Shown piece after piece: positions 24,128-37,539 of a DNA stretch of 64,000 nucleotides (within the stretch, counting starts at the first letter, position 1; the number at the start of each line of letters is the position of its first letter). The position numbers and the translations under genes are program-made. This DNA comes from Octopus vulgaris (taxonomy: Eukaryota): contig OX597836.1 in assembly GCA_951406725.2 (NCBI GenBank), positions 3,038,001-3,102,000 of the forward strand, given 5' to 3'. Below the pieces are notes generated by a model. The model saw only the letters and a program-made list of their open reading frames with translations, was not told where the DNA came from and did no database searches.

Positions 24128-24620
24128 TAAGCAGGTGCATGGAATTTACCTTTCAACACAATGTCCATATTATACTGACATCGTCTTCAACTCATTTCAA
24201 TTTGGTTTTTAATGCGATGAACGTCACTTGAGTGTGAAACGTAAATTAAATGGAATCCTGCGTGGTGACACGAAAATCATTAGCTGCACAAATTAAATTA
24301 TCAAACGAAATCGTTTTCATGTTCGCACTTAGATTGAGATTCCTTGTCTAAAACATCGTGATGCACACAAGCGCACACTTTCGTCAACACTTACATAGAT
24401 TTCAGAAAATATAACAACATATAATGCTTGTAGGATGTAGACATTTAACATACATTCTATCAGGCTTTCTTTTGACCTCTTTCAACTTTCCAGTTCAACA
24501 AATACTTATTCTCCCCTTTTCCACATTCACACAATCCTCCTTCCATTATCGAGTATGCATGTGTGCCTGTGCGTGTGTGTGACTGCATGTGTGCATGTGT
24601 GACCATGTGTGTGCGCATAT

Positions 24621-24935
24621 GTAAAGGCGCGTCGCTCAATATTTACAATATTCGGCTTGCAATCGTATCATCGAGGGTTCGTTATTCGGTGGTACTTTCT
24701 GTTCTTGAGCAAGATATTTTATTCCACGTTTTTCCAGTGTACTCAGGTAATTAAAAATGAGCTGTGCATATAATCCAATGCGCCTGCCTTGCCACATTCG
24801 GTGTCACGAGGAATTTTGCCGAGAACTACATTCACGTTACACGAATGCGTGGGCGTTCACTCGCTTTCAATTTGAATAGCACGAGCAGGCAAATCCATGG
24901 ATCGAATTAGCTAGAACACTAATCGTTCTTACCCA
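24621..24935 (+). mobile_element. SINE family D, old copy
   Basis: AAGGCGCG...GTTCTTGAGCAAGATATTTTATTCCACG...AAAAATGAG...GTGTCACG...GAGAACTAC...CACGAGCAGGC, collinear with the reverse complement of 14257-14560. Confidence 0.7.
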
Positions 24936-25459
24936 CAGACTGTGTGTGTGTGAGAGAGAGAGAAAGAGAGAGAGATAAAGCAAACTTGAGGTAATGAGAA
25001 ATCCTTTAAGAATTTCAACGCAAGTAGCAAGACCAAACTTCTACAGGAACACATCAGACACAACAGCCTTCTTAAACATGTACGCCACATAGGAGAGAAT
25101 TACAAGAATGAACCACACCGAAGTAATTCTGGGGAGAATGTGCCATTAAAAACGTTGAAACAGAACTCAGTCGACTTTCGCTTAACCATAATCTGAGATA
25201 TTACGTAAACGCCAGAAATACAAATCCTTTATTTGAAACCAGACATCCGAACATCTGGACAATCAATGGAATTTAAAAATTTGAACTAAGGAACGAATAT
25301 CGTTATTTCATTTCATAAAATGTTACTCAGGACCAAAATGTGTGTTGCACAACTAAGTATTCGACTGAATAATAAGCCATGCAAACTATATTTGGAGATG
25401 GGTTTTAACTGTTCAATTTAATTTGTCTGCGAAATGCCCTGCCATTTTCGTTCATTTTA

Positions 25460-27000
25460 TTATAGAGGGAATAATTCGCAGAAGGAACTCCTAGGTCGCT
25501 GCAACTTAATGTGAAAAGTAAGAAACTTGATTTTACATTGTTCATAGTATTGTTTTTATTATGTTGCTTTTTTTTTTATCAGTAGCTCCATCTTAAGAAT
25601 TTTCTTTTCTTCTGATGCAGTTTTCCATAATTTGTTCTTCACACTTACCGAAGTGTTAGGTATGTTATTTAGCTGCATTCAAAACAAAAATCAAAGTGAC
25701 TGAGCTGAAAAAGTATGTTTCTCTAATGATGCTTCTGTCGTTCATTACTCTCATAATTCAATTTGGGATGGGTTTCTTCTTCGCGCAACTTCTTTATATT
25801 AGACAGAGTACAATACATCGTCAACAGTTCGGAGATCCCCATATGTGTGAGGTCCCGTAATATGAACTAATAATAAACCTGATAAAAAATATATTTCTCT
25901 GTTTTGGGAGTTCAATTTATACAATTCAAATATAATTTTTATTATTCCATTCTGTCACAGTTTAAACATGTATTTTATAAAGAATACAAAACGTAAAGAT
26001 AACAATTGTAGTATTAACTCAGCTTTCTTTACTTTTCATTTGATTCGTCGACTGTACACCAGGTAGCGTAGCAGTGCATATTTTTCTGTTCATTATCTCA
26101 TAGATATATCCCACGTAGTTATAAATTCTAACTGATGAAAACCATTGGTAATTAATAATAAAATATCACTCATCATGTATTTTGTGTTCCAGCAGAATCC
26201 ACATACACTCTGCAGCTCTAACATGTGGAACATCAATAAGTTATCTAAATAAATTTACACTCGTTTCAGGATGGTACGGTATATGAACACGGGAAACACG
26301 TTTCCTGGATTGCAAGTTTCATTAGGAGTTCTAAATCCTTTAGCCTGAGAGGTGTAACATGCACACACCTGAGTAAGTAACCTATATCTGGATGGAAACT
26401 AAAGGTGTATGACGCAATTGGACGTGCACAATAAAGGCATCGTCCTTCAGTATTTGGGAACTGGATCTCACCTGACACAAAGCAGAAAGATAAACGTGGG
26501 AATTAATATTTATTTCGAATGTGAAATGAATTTTTAGGATCACTTACGAGAGATGTCTAGTAATAAAATGATTCTGAACATATTGAGGGTGACAGCCAGG
26601 TTTCATAATCTCATTTGCTGATGCATCCATAACTTGAATTTTCTGCAGTAAAATATTTTGCATTACGGAAATGGCAAAGCATTCGCTTTGTCCATAGGAA
26701 TGTGGTCCAAATACACCATTTACTGAATAATTCACAACATACTTTTTTCATGATGATCTTCGTTGAATCTTTTCTCTCATCAGCCTAGATTTCTAACCTG
26801 TGAGTCACCTGTTCACCGTGACATGCTTTATATAAATTGTTTCTTTTTTACCTTCATTTGTTCACCTTTCATCTCCCTTCTTCATTATATCCTTCCTACA
26901 TCCGCTCTTTCTTGTAAGGAACAAAAATACCTTGGTCACAATTTCTTTTCCTGTTTCTAATTGTTCTTCGAATATACATGATCAATACCTCCTTAGTGGT
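25460..27000 (-). pseudogene. Helitron Rep/helicase coding fossil
   Basis: Collinear decayed motifs: MYIRR...CDQGIFVPYK (YRRR..DNRWVVPYN), GEIQ...GRCL...YTFSF...LHLSG (DEI..GRY..RIF.F..VHL), LYKLNSQNREIYFLSGLLLVHITGPHTYGDLRTVDDVLY..YKEVARRR (RLLL.HV.GPTSFEDLRTV.G.LY.TF.EA), EASL, FGKCEEQIMENCIRR. Confidence 0.8.
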
Positions 27001-28172
27001 TCATTTACCAATATTTTCCTTTGAGGAGGAGCCTATATAATATATAAACTAAAAGTAGAAACTCAAACCAATATTTACCCAAGTTTTTGAAAACATTTGT
27101 TAAATATATTTCATATAGAACTACCATTAAAAGACATTATAACATGATATAATGCGATAGAATTCATAGGCAAGCAAAATCGTATTGTTCTCCATTCTGT
27201 GTTGTAGATTATGTCTTCATAAAACTTTATGGTAGTTTTGAATTCATCGTTCAAAAAGAGTTTATATTGGTTTATAAATTACTAAAATTTTATATAAATA
27301 TGAATGTGTCTCTAGTTTAGAGGTATTCTGTATCACTTGTTGAAAAGAAATCTTACTATTTCCAATAAGTAATTTATTGTAACAATAACGCTGGTAGGCA
27401 ATATAGCTGGTCTTGAATCAGTAATTTAAACACTATTTATTTCTCCCTTTCGAACATAATCTGAACTAAAACGCTTACCGCATTTATCAGGTAATCCTAT
27501 CACCGTCTCATTGCAACTACTTAATAAATATCCACATACATGAAAATTCTACCAACGCTCGGCAACCGACAGAAATCCAAGCCATCGAATTGTATGGCGT
27601 TGGAAGAGTCAAATACACACACGGAAGCGACGCTAGGGAAGAATTTGCCAGCAAAACCCAATGAAACAAGCACAATCTCATTACACTTGACCACAATCTA
27701 AGATATTTAAACCCTAGAAATATAAAACCTTTATTTAAAATCAACAACCCCGGGTAGTATATTTGCTTTCCTCCAAATCTAAGGGGTGTGTGTCTGAAAT
27801 TATCATTCCAGGCATTTACACCCGCACCTTGTACATCACAGGTCCCTGTCCCCCAGGTATCTTAAACCTTTAGCTCACAGTTATGCTGAAGCTGTACAAG
27901 TGGAGCAAGAACTGTCGCGGATGGACATTTCCGAAAACTAAAACTGAATACGGTTTCCTTTAAACTGGAACATCATCGAGGTTATTCCTAGAACCACGAA
28001 ACGAGTTACCTGCATCATCCAGCTCTTAAACACCTTAGCGGTTTCCTCTGTAATTGATCCTTGTCAAACAGATTTCTATCTATTTTGCTGTTTCCCTTTA
28101 ATTTTAATTCACAAAAACGCAGATTCTGCGACCATTAACCTGAAAGACAAATACCTTCGCTTCGTGTTCGTA

Positions 28173-28241
28173 ATGTATGTATGTATGTATGTATGTATGT
28201 ATGTATGTATGTATGTATGTATGTATGTATGTATGTATGTA
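28173..28241. repeat. (ATGT)n microsatellite
   Basis: Directly visible. Confidence 0.95.
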
Positions 28242-28309
28242 TTAACGTATGTCATGTGTCTGACCAAATTCTTACAAATAATTCTCTTTTGATAACGCAC
28301 GTTGCAGCA

Positions 28310-29230
28310 TCAATACTCATCCATTGCCTAACTCTTAATTCCTTCCAGAGGTTTCCACTGATATTCCGTTGCCTTTTTTTCACTTTGCTCATTCTCTTAA
28401 TCGTTATTTTCTCATTCCTTTCCATCTTGCTTTATTTTCTTCCTTTCGTAGCGTATTTATTAATCCACTTTTCTTCTCTCTTTCATTCGGGTTTCATCTC
28501 CTGTCCAATCCGTTCTTCTTTTCCTATATTTTTCTTCTTTAACATTTTAATCTATTTATTTGTTTTTCTATTTCATACTTCTTTAATATTTTTCTTTCAT
28601 AGTTTATTTATTTCCCCTTATTTTACTTTTATTTTTCATTCATTATTCATTCGTTGTTCTTCCTTTCACTCCTTTTACAGTAAATTTCCTTCTATTATTC
28701 ATTCAACATTTCTTTCCTGATCTCATTCCGTACTTTCTTAATCTGCTCTTTCTCCCATGTTTTGCTTCTTTAGTTTTCATTCAATTTTTCTCTCTTATTT
28801 TCATTTTATTCTTTCCTTTCTCTCTCTCTCTCTCTCCTGATTTCCTTCGTTTGCTTCGTTCTTGTTTTATTTATTCATCATTTCCTTCCTCCTCTATATT
28901 TCTCCAATTCCATTACCAGTTAATATCATTCCTTTCACTCTTTCTTTCTCTTCCTTTTACCTTTCCTAATTTTCATTCTTCCCTTTTCTTTCCTTTGTTC
29001 TTTCTTTATTTCTCATCATCATTTCTTCACGTACCTCATTCAATTTTTTTCTCTTTATTCTTCTCAATCATTCTCTATTTCTTCATTTCCCTTCCTCTAT
29101 TCTTTGTTTTAGTCTTTCTTTCATCTCTTTTTCATTTACTCACCAAAGACATTCTTTCATTCTCTCCGCCCCCCGCCTATCTCTCCCTATTCCTCAATCT
29201 TTTCTTTAATTCTATTTGTCTCCGCTCTGC
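28310..29230. repeat. Long degenerate polypyrimidine (CT-rich) low-complexity tract
   Basis: About 0.9 kb strongly depleted of G on the plus strand. Confidence 0.85.
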
Positions 29231-29777
29231 CATTTTGTTTCTGGTTTTTGCTGTTGTCTCCGTAGTTACGTCAGACGCCTTCTCACCATTGCTTGGTTTT
29301 CTTCTAATTACAAATCTCTTTGTCTCTGTTGTTGTTAAAGCAGTTACCATTGTTGACATAATTGTTATCATGGTTGCCATTGCGCATGCTCTTTTAGATG
29401 CTGTTGTTGCTACCGTTTTCAAAGTCGCATGTTTTTTGATACTCTCTTAAATAGTAATACTTCGGTTCCTGATGCTATTGTCGTTGATGTTCTTGTTATT
29501 GTTCCAAGCATATAATAGCTCTTAGCACATTATTCTTTTCCTCGCTGTTGTTGTTGTTCTGATTCTTATACTCCTTTGCGAAATGTAGATTTAAAACATT
29601 TCTAAGATCTCCAACATAAAAGAAACATGGAGAAAGATGTTTTACGGTTTCAAATGGGATAAAAAAAAAAGACGTTTTGCGGTTTACAATTATAATTTCC
29701 AGGTGTCTTTACAAATTGTTTTCTGCCTCCAGTTTTTACACCAATCTTCGTCTCTCTCGTTTTCTCTATTTCCTCTC

Positions 29778-29840
<63 letters not shown>

Positions 29841-30008
29841 CTTTCTGTTTCTTTCTTTCATACATTGCTTTTTATCTCCTTTACAACTAAACTAAACCGT
29901 TATCTTCCTTTCTTTATCTCTGATTTTCATAGCTTCAAAATGAAGAACTTGATCCAGCTCCATCTCTCCCGCTTGTTCTTTCACTTACTTTCACTATTTT
30001 CTGCTCTT

Positions 30009-30052
<44 letters not shown>

Positions 30053-30792
30053 CCCCTTTCTCTTTATTTTGCGCTCTTCCACTTTTCTTTCTTTCTTTCT
30101 TGCTCTCTAATTCTCACTAAGTCTTAAATTATACCGAACATATGATCGAGCGGGTGACTATCGCTCGAACATGTTTATTTATTACACAAAATGTGAATCT
30201 ATAAATTTACATTTTTGAAATCCCATTCATTTAAAACTATTTCTAAATGATTAAAATATTAATTTTAACAAAAGCGAAAATAGAAACATTTACTGTAAAA
30301 AAAAAAAAAAACTCCTATTGTTTCGTTGTCAAATCATTGTGTCAAGTCGAAAGATAAGAGTTTCTTCGCTTTCATGATTAAGATAATTTTCGGAATATTT
30401 TCCCATTATACACCGTGTTGGGTATTTATACCCGAAAACCTCTTTTATCTCTAAAATCACTTGTCCGATTTCCGCGAAACTTGTTTTATTCCGTTTGTAT
30501 TAACATTTCAGGGTAAACATAATTCATAGTATTTTCCCATTATGCGCTAGTTTCGCTGGGTAACATTGCAAGCAAGCAAACAAGATTCAAAGCGTCTTTA
30601 CTCTATTATGGATATATAACGACTACATGGGCTACCAATGGATTTCTCTATAGCAACTCTTCACACTGTGGACTTTGCTCTGGATGAAAAACTCGGAGTT
30701 TAATTTAATCCCTTTGTACAGTACTTCTATGTGGCCTTTACATCGCACCTATTGATTATGTATGTGTATATACATACATATATATATATATA

Positions 30793-31043
30793 ACGGGAAG
30801 CTTTATGAAAATAAACAAAAGACGAAGGCAGGTGGAAAACAAACGAACAATTGTATTAGTATGGCGCTCAGGAAATATAAATAAAACAAGTCTTTAACGT
30901 TTCGAGCCTACGCTCTTCAACAGAAAGATACACAGAGAGAGAAAAACACAGAAAGAAGGAGAGAAAAAAAATGCGTGCAGTAGCTAACGAATCAACATGG
31001 CGATCTGATTTCGGCCAGAGGTCAAAGATCAAACATGAGACGC
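30793..31043 (-). mobile_element. Short Penelope-type pLTR / retrozyme-like element between (TA)n tracts
   Basis: Contains the minimal hammerhead motif at 30891-30928 and a T-rich tail running into (TA)n. Confidence 0.6.
30891..30928 (-). ncRNA. Minimal type-I hammerhead ribozyme motif (core variant CUGUUGA)
   Basis: TCTTT-CTGTTGA-A-GAGC GTAG GCTC-GAA-ACGT-T-AAAGA: stems I and II pair, and stem III is the palindrome ACGT. Confidence 0.65.
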
Positions 31044-31044
31044 G

Positions 31045-31110
<66 letters not shown>

Positions 31111-31884
31111 GATATATACATAATAATCCTTATTATTATTGTTGATATATATGTATATATTGTATATATTTACATATATAAATACATATATATATATATA
31201 CATATATTATATATGATATATAGGTACACACACATATACATATATATATATATATATATACACGCACACATATGCACATACACTCAGCTAGAAACACACA
31301 CACACACATATATACACACATACTGAAAAAAGCAAATATCTATACTTTCATACATACCTGAATATACCTGTGTATGTATGTATGTATGTATGTATGTGAA
31401 TGTATGTGTATGTGTGTATGTATATCATTTATCAACTTTATACATCCATATACTGATGTCAGACGCTGCCTTAAGCTAAAAGAAATATGTGCAGGAACAT
31501 TTGCCAAAATGTTATGTAGATATCCTAATGGAAATTTCGGAGTCTGTTGAAGCAAATAAATATATATGGAAGCAAAATTGGGAAATATATTTTAACGCAT
31601 TCGCACGCAAATGCACACACACACACACACATCTGTGTGTATATGCGTGTGTGCCAATGTATGTATTCGGCTTTATCTCTCCGTATGATTCTCCGCGTGT
31701 GTCTCTTATCCCAAGAATTAACGCAGGGAAAAATTATATATCGTTTCGCCCTAACATAATTGTTCTTTAACGACTCATAAGTCCTCTCGATAGGAACAAA
31801 AAGGATATGAGTTCTGTGGGTCAATTCAGTATTTTCTATAAGGAATAATGGGACTCAGTACACAAAATTTCAGTTCCTTCATTT

Positions 31885-31886
<2 letters not shown>

Positions 31887-31969
<83 letters not shown>

Positions 31970-31985
31970 TGTATGTGTGTGTATG
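31887..31985. repeat. (GT)n microsatellite
   Basis: Directly visible. Confidence 0.95.
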
Positions 31986-32050
31986 GCGTGGAATTTTTCC
32001 TTTGCAATAATGCCTTCCAGAAATACACGCACACACACGCACATACACAC

Positions 32051-32532
<482 letters not shown>

Positions 32533-33740
32533 GAGGGAGAGAGGAAGAGTTGGGGAGATTGAGAGAGAGTAAAGGAGAAAGACAGCGCGAACTGAGATTG
32601 TAAGAGGTATAATTATGGATAATTAGTAGTATATTTAGTCTCGGAAGCAAAGACACGATTGTATTCAATCGCGTGAAAGAGATCTGAGAATGGTTATTGT
32701 TGAAGAAGGTAGCTTGTTGATAATATCGCGTGTAATATGCCTTATGTATCGACACGCCTCATCTGATGGCTCGCATGGAAGGTCACGTTCTGTGTAAAGG
32801 TTTATTCCACAACACTCAATAAATCTGTCTTAATTTGAATATTGTATGTATGTATCTATGCTGATGCGTGTGTTTATATTTGTGTGCATTACTGGGAAAC
32901 TTCAATGGAACTTCCTCGTTGTTATTCCTACTTCGATTGATTGAATCTAAAAGTTGAGTTAATATAGTATCTGCAGAAATTGGTTATGTTGTTATTGTTG
33001 TTCTTGCTGCTAGAAATGATGCTGGTATATTGTCCTAGTTCGTCCCCGCTAAAAGTAGTAGTAAAAAACCTCTTAAATCACAAAGTAAAAGTGAAAGAAA
33101 TATGTACTGCCTTAGACATAAACACACACAAAGTTGGTACGGTTCGAACCTATGTGTTTATTGTTCTGCTCAATCACCTCAGATGCAGGTCTAAACGACA
33201 CCGACAACGACAACAACAATCACAACCTTCACAATATTTCAGATATACATTTTGATACACCCGTCCAAACGCATTAAAAAGTCGCCAGTTTTTTCAAATC
33301 AAAATATTATTCATACAAAAAATAATTATGTTAAATAATAATTATTAAGATAATGAATTGACCAGAAATTTGCACCGTGAAAAGAATCACTTACTCCCAC
33401 GCCTGTAATTTACGGGTTGGTTATTTTATCATAATTGACAGAATTTCTTCAAATTTGACTACAGCGAGATTTGATTCAAAATTAAAGAGCAGAAAGAAAT
33501 AAAACATGATAGTTGTACCCCAAATTCTGAAGGTACTGGCATTTCAATGTTGTATGGTTGTTGTAGTCTACCAGCGAGTATTTAAAGGGAAATTTAGCGG
33601 GATGGTCATTCGCCCGCAGTCATTCGGTGATGCTGCATCGACGAAAGAAGAAAAGGGCAATGAAAAAACAGAAAATTTTAAAAAGCGCACTCAACACCGG
33701 ATCTTACGACACCTCCGAAAGGGATGGCCCCGCCACGTCG

Positions 33741-33779
33741 AAAACGGCTGAGGACTAGAGTCCGAAACCGGACGTGTTT
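33741..33779 (+). ncRNA. Degenerate hammerhead ribozyme motif
   Basis: AAAACGG-CTGA-GGAC TAGA GTCC-GAAACCGG-AC-GTGTTT. Core shortened and cleavage-site U mutated. Confidence 0.4.
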
Positions 33780-35301
33780 CCTCTTGATGATGTCTTTAGC
33801 GATTGGATCCTATAAACGAGCTGTTGAGGTAGCGAACCATGAAAATTGGTTGGAAATCTTCAGTTGAAGATAATTAATCTTGATTTCTTAGAATAGTGCA
33901 GGGCAGAATAGATTATATCGGCTCAGGAAATTTAGTGCTAATCTATTTTATCAATCATGTTTGGCGGAATAGTAATGCTTGCCCCAAATCACGAAAGGAA
34001 ATGTAAGAAAGCTATTTCTAATTCTAGGAGGTCAAATGATTTTGTTGTTACTTTTTTAAAAACCCAGGCGTTCTCCAAAACATATTAACGGTATTCGAAC
34101 TCTAAATATTTTTGCTTATTATCATGCTAAAATTAACAGTGTCAAGAATATATAAGCCATGATAATGTTTAAAGTAAGGAGAACTGACTATTATTCCTTG
34201 CACGTCGTATGTCCATGTAGTGTCCCCCTAATGGGGTCAAATGTTTGCCTTCATTTAGTGTTGTTTATCCAAATCATGATTCGTTTCCGCCAATAATTTC
34301 CCGTCCTTTATCCCGTCTCAGTCTTCGATTTCGTAAATAATTTTAACGTTTAACAAATAAGTGAAATTTTTTATTTGATCTATGGCATCTGGAATTCCGC
34401 TTTTTATTTCAAATTTTAAAATCCCGAATCAGCCCAAAACCTTTCTAAACTTTTCACAGTGCCACATTTTCTCCGTCTATACTGACTTTAATGATCATCG
34501 TTTTAATAAATACACATTCCTTAACACGTTCACAATGCTTAATTTTCTCAAGAGCTTCCTTTGTTGCCCTCCCTTGTAAACACCAACACGAGGCCTAACC
34601 ACCAAGATCTGTGATTGTGTATTTCAATAGTGGCCAGCTTTCATTGAATTTCCACGTAATTATCCAATAATCAGCTATTAACCATTAGGATTAAAAAAAA
34701 AAACAGAAGGCATCAGAAATTATACAATGAATAATCCGATAGAAGCGCGGGTATATCATTGTTTTTTTTTTCTTTCTGCTATTAACAAAAATGTTAGACG
34801 TTGTTATTAAATTATTAAGAGAATTATAATCGACAAATCGATCGCATCCTTAACCGATGTATCTCGAGTGTTTAGCTCGGAGCAACAATCTCTGGCCGAA
34901 TTTACAGCGTTCAATGACATACTGATCTGTTCCAGAAAAGACGTCTGAGTGATGTTGAAGTTGTGGTGTATAGATACTGCTTCAATATACACATGCATAT
35001 ATACACAGACTCATAAATAAATAAATAAATAAATAAATAAAATATATATATATATATATATGTATTATATGTGTGTGTGTATGTATATATGTATACATAC
35101 ATATCTATATATGTTTATACAGTTACATACGTATACATACGAGTGTGTGTGTGTATGTGTGTTTATATGTATTCATAAATAACAACTAATTCCATCAAAT
35201 TTTGTCATATATTTTGGAATGATCTAGCATATCCGATAGAAGTTTCTACCGTATATTGCGTAGTTCTGAATTGTACGCTAAAATTGTATGCAAATACATA
35301 A

Positions 35302-35344
<43 letters not shown>

Positions 35345-35383
35345 CATATATAGCAAAAGAAAGACCGAAGATGGTATATATTA

Positions 35384-35463
35384 TTAATCACGACAATTGT
35401 TTCGACACTCAACAACTGGTTCAGAAGCATCCGCTGGTGTAGATGTATCTCGTCGGGTGCTAA
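35384..35463 (-). ncRNA. Type-I hammerhead ribozyme motif (one core substitution)
   Basis: TTAGCAC-CCGACGA-GATAC...GTGTC-GAA-ACAATTGT-C-GTGATTAA: stem I, stem II, palindromic stem III and a GUC cleavage triplet. Confidence 0.65.
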
Positions 35464-35628
35464 AGAAATAAATAAATACAACTCGTTAAAACGACTGTTC
35501 TGCAATGTAACTTTCCGTTTTGTAGAGGGAAAAGCAGATATACGGAGGAAATATCTTCATTTATATGGAAGATCAAAAATCAAATCACAAATCACAAAAA
35601 GAGAAACGAACACGCAAGCCATCGACAA

Positions 35629-35631
<3 letters not shown>

Positions 35632-35713
<82 letters not shown>

Positions 35714-35718
35714 TATAT
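35632..35718. repeat. (TA)n microsatellite
   Basis: Directly visible; one of dozens of (TA)n/(CA)n tracts in the window. Confidence 0.95.
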
Positions 35719-36058
35719 GAAGGCGCATGGTCAGTGGTTACAATATCGTGCTCTCATTCATGAGGTAGTCAGTTCCCGGATCGGACACTCTGTTGTGCTC
35801 TTGGGCAACTTACATTACTTCATGTTGCTCCAGTTCACTCAGCCGTAAAAATGAGTTGCGACATCACCAGTGCCATGCTGTATCGGGTCCTTTGACTTTC
35901 CCTTGGATAAAATCGTGTTGAAGGTGTGGAGAGAGGAAACTATTATGCATGAGAAACTGCTGGTCTCCCATAAACAACCTTGCAACGACTTGTGCCTCGG
36001 AGGGTTCCTTTCTAAGCGCATCTCCTTGGTATTTATGACAAAGTGGGTTTTACACTTC
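35719..36058 (+). mobile_element. SINE family B, older full-length copy
   Basis: GAAGGCGCATGGTCAGTGGTT...GTTGCTCCAGTTCACTCAGCCGTAAAAATGAGTTGCGAC...CCATAAACAACCTTG. Confidence 0.85.
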
Positions 36059-36664
36059 ACCACATATATAAATGGCAAGAGATCTACAAGAGAGTTTGTT
36101 TCTTGGTAAATAGCCATAAGCCGTCTCACTGAATTCGGTTGCTGGCTGCTATATAAGCATTGAGTTGTAGGCTGCATTGCGGTTTTGGTTGATTGGGAAA
36201 AGTTAGCTTAACGTTTTGCTAATTCATTTTTTATGGGCAACTACATAATAAATTAACTTAGGAATGAACAACGTTTGAATTCTAATCAAGTCGATATTTG
36301 AAAGAACAATTTATGGCAAGATAAATTTGTCAAACACTTAGCCAAACAGACTGATCGATATGACCAACATATACAAAAGACCAATCATTGGGAGAAGAAA
36401 AAGAAAACCATAACGGAATATTGGTTTTGTAGGTTTTATATTTTAGGTTAATCAGGAAATAAGTCGATAACTTGAGACAGAAACTAAAGATTATAGAATC
36501 GTTCAGGTATTTGTGAACGTAAATCCTAGGTTATTACACTCTACCTCTGTTAATTGTCAAAAACGCTCACACACTAATACACACTACAAGTAACACAAAG
36601 TCTCACTCATTAATACACACAAACACACACTCAGATATGTATTGATAAGAAGTTAAACATTTAC

Positions 36665-36830
36665 GGGCGCAGACACCGTTGTGGTGTAAGAAGTCTGCTT
36701 CAACCACATGGTACAATTTTCAGTCCCAGAGTATCTCACCTAGAGCATGTCATTTCTATAATGGCCACCAGGACTATCGTAGCCTGTGAGCCGCTTTGCA
36801 GACGAAAACTGAATGCTCTTCATATACATC
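36665..36830 (+). mobile_element. SINE family C 5' half, diverged
   Basis: GGCGCAG...GTGGTGTAAGAAG...CAACCACATGG...CAGTCCCA...GCAGACGAAAACTG. Confidence 0.6.
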
Positions 36831-36868
36831 TTTATATCTATCTCTGTATCTGTCTGTCTATATATCTT

Positions 36869-36907
<39 letters not shown>

Positions 36908-36954
36908 ATATATATGTCTGTGCGTGTGTGTGTGTACATATGTGTAAAACACAG

Positions 36955-37260
36955 GATGTGTGTCTATCTGTGGGTTTGTCATGATAAAACTCCAGATTCA
37001 TCCAACCGATTTTACTGAAATTTCCCACATGCATTACGTAGGCTCCATGCAGTTTCATGGACAAAAGAAAAGCCTCAACTTCTTGCCTAATGCGGGTTCA
37101 GGAGTAGGTAAACCGTATTTGTTGAGCATTTTTGCAGCGTTAAGGCCCATAACTTGAAGAATATTCCGTCACTTTCTTCTAAATTTGAAACGTACATTAA
37201 TGTGGGTCCTCGAATTGTTGTTGATTAAAACAATTTCCGACGCCGACTGTGGGCTCCCCC
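36955..37260 (+). mobile_element. Helitron/Helentron-like non-autonomous remnant
   Basis: GTGTGTCTATCTGT followed by CCAACCGATTTTACTGAAATTT and CATAACTT...AAATTTG motifs, typical of such elements (recalled, not verified). Confidence 0.35.
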
Positions 37261-37539
37261 AAAATGCAAATTAATCAGATTTGTGTATACTGTACTGTGT
37301 TTTATCTTTGTTTTAGGCTATTTTCCGACGATAAAATATTGACACCACATACGCATTATAAGTAGCGTATAATATTTCATGAAAATATTTTCGTTCAATT
37401 TAGCAGAGGAAATGAAAACCATAAAATTTTTGTGGGCGCCCTATTGATGCTTCAGGTTACTATTTCGCGCACCACCGGGCCATGTCCGTGCTTGTGCTGC
37501 TGGGTAAAGACACAACGAGGCAATTCATCAACGTGAAAT

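Noticed and set aside
26270-26372. Plus-strand exon-like segment (tttcag|...|gtaagt) with an open frame
   Set aside because: It lies antisense within the Helitron fossil and has no recognisable product or partner exons. Exonisation cannot be excluded without RNA data.
27520-28070. GC-richer, coding-looking stretch next to the Helitron fossil
   Set aside because: Short broken frames with no motif I can recognise. It may be a decayed TE; BLASTX is needed.
28851-29450. 199-aa hydrophobic ORF resembling a membrane protein
   Set aside because: A by-product of the CT-rich low-complexity tract (F/L/S codons).
35390-35460. Strong minus-strand splice acceptor (tttatttatttctttag) suggesting a terminal exon
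   Set aside because: The downstream sequence is better explained as a hammerhead motif, and no upstream partner exon was found.
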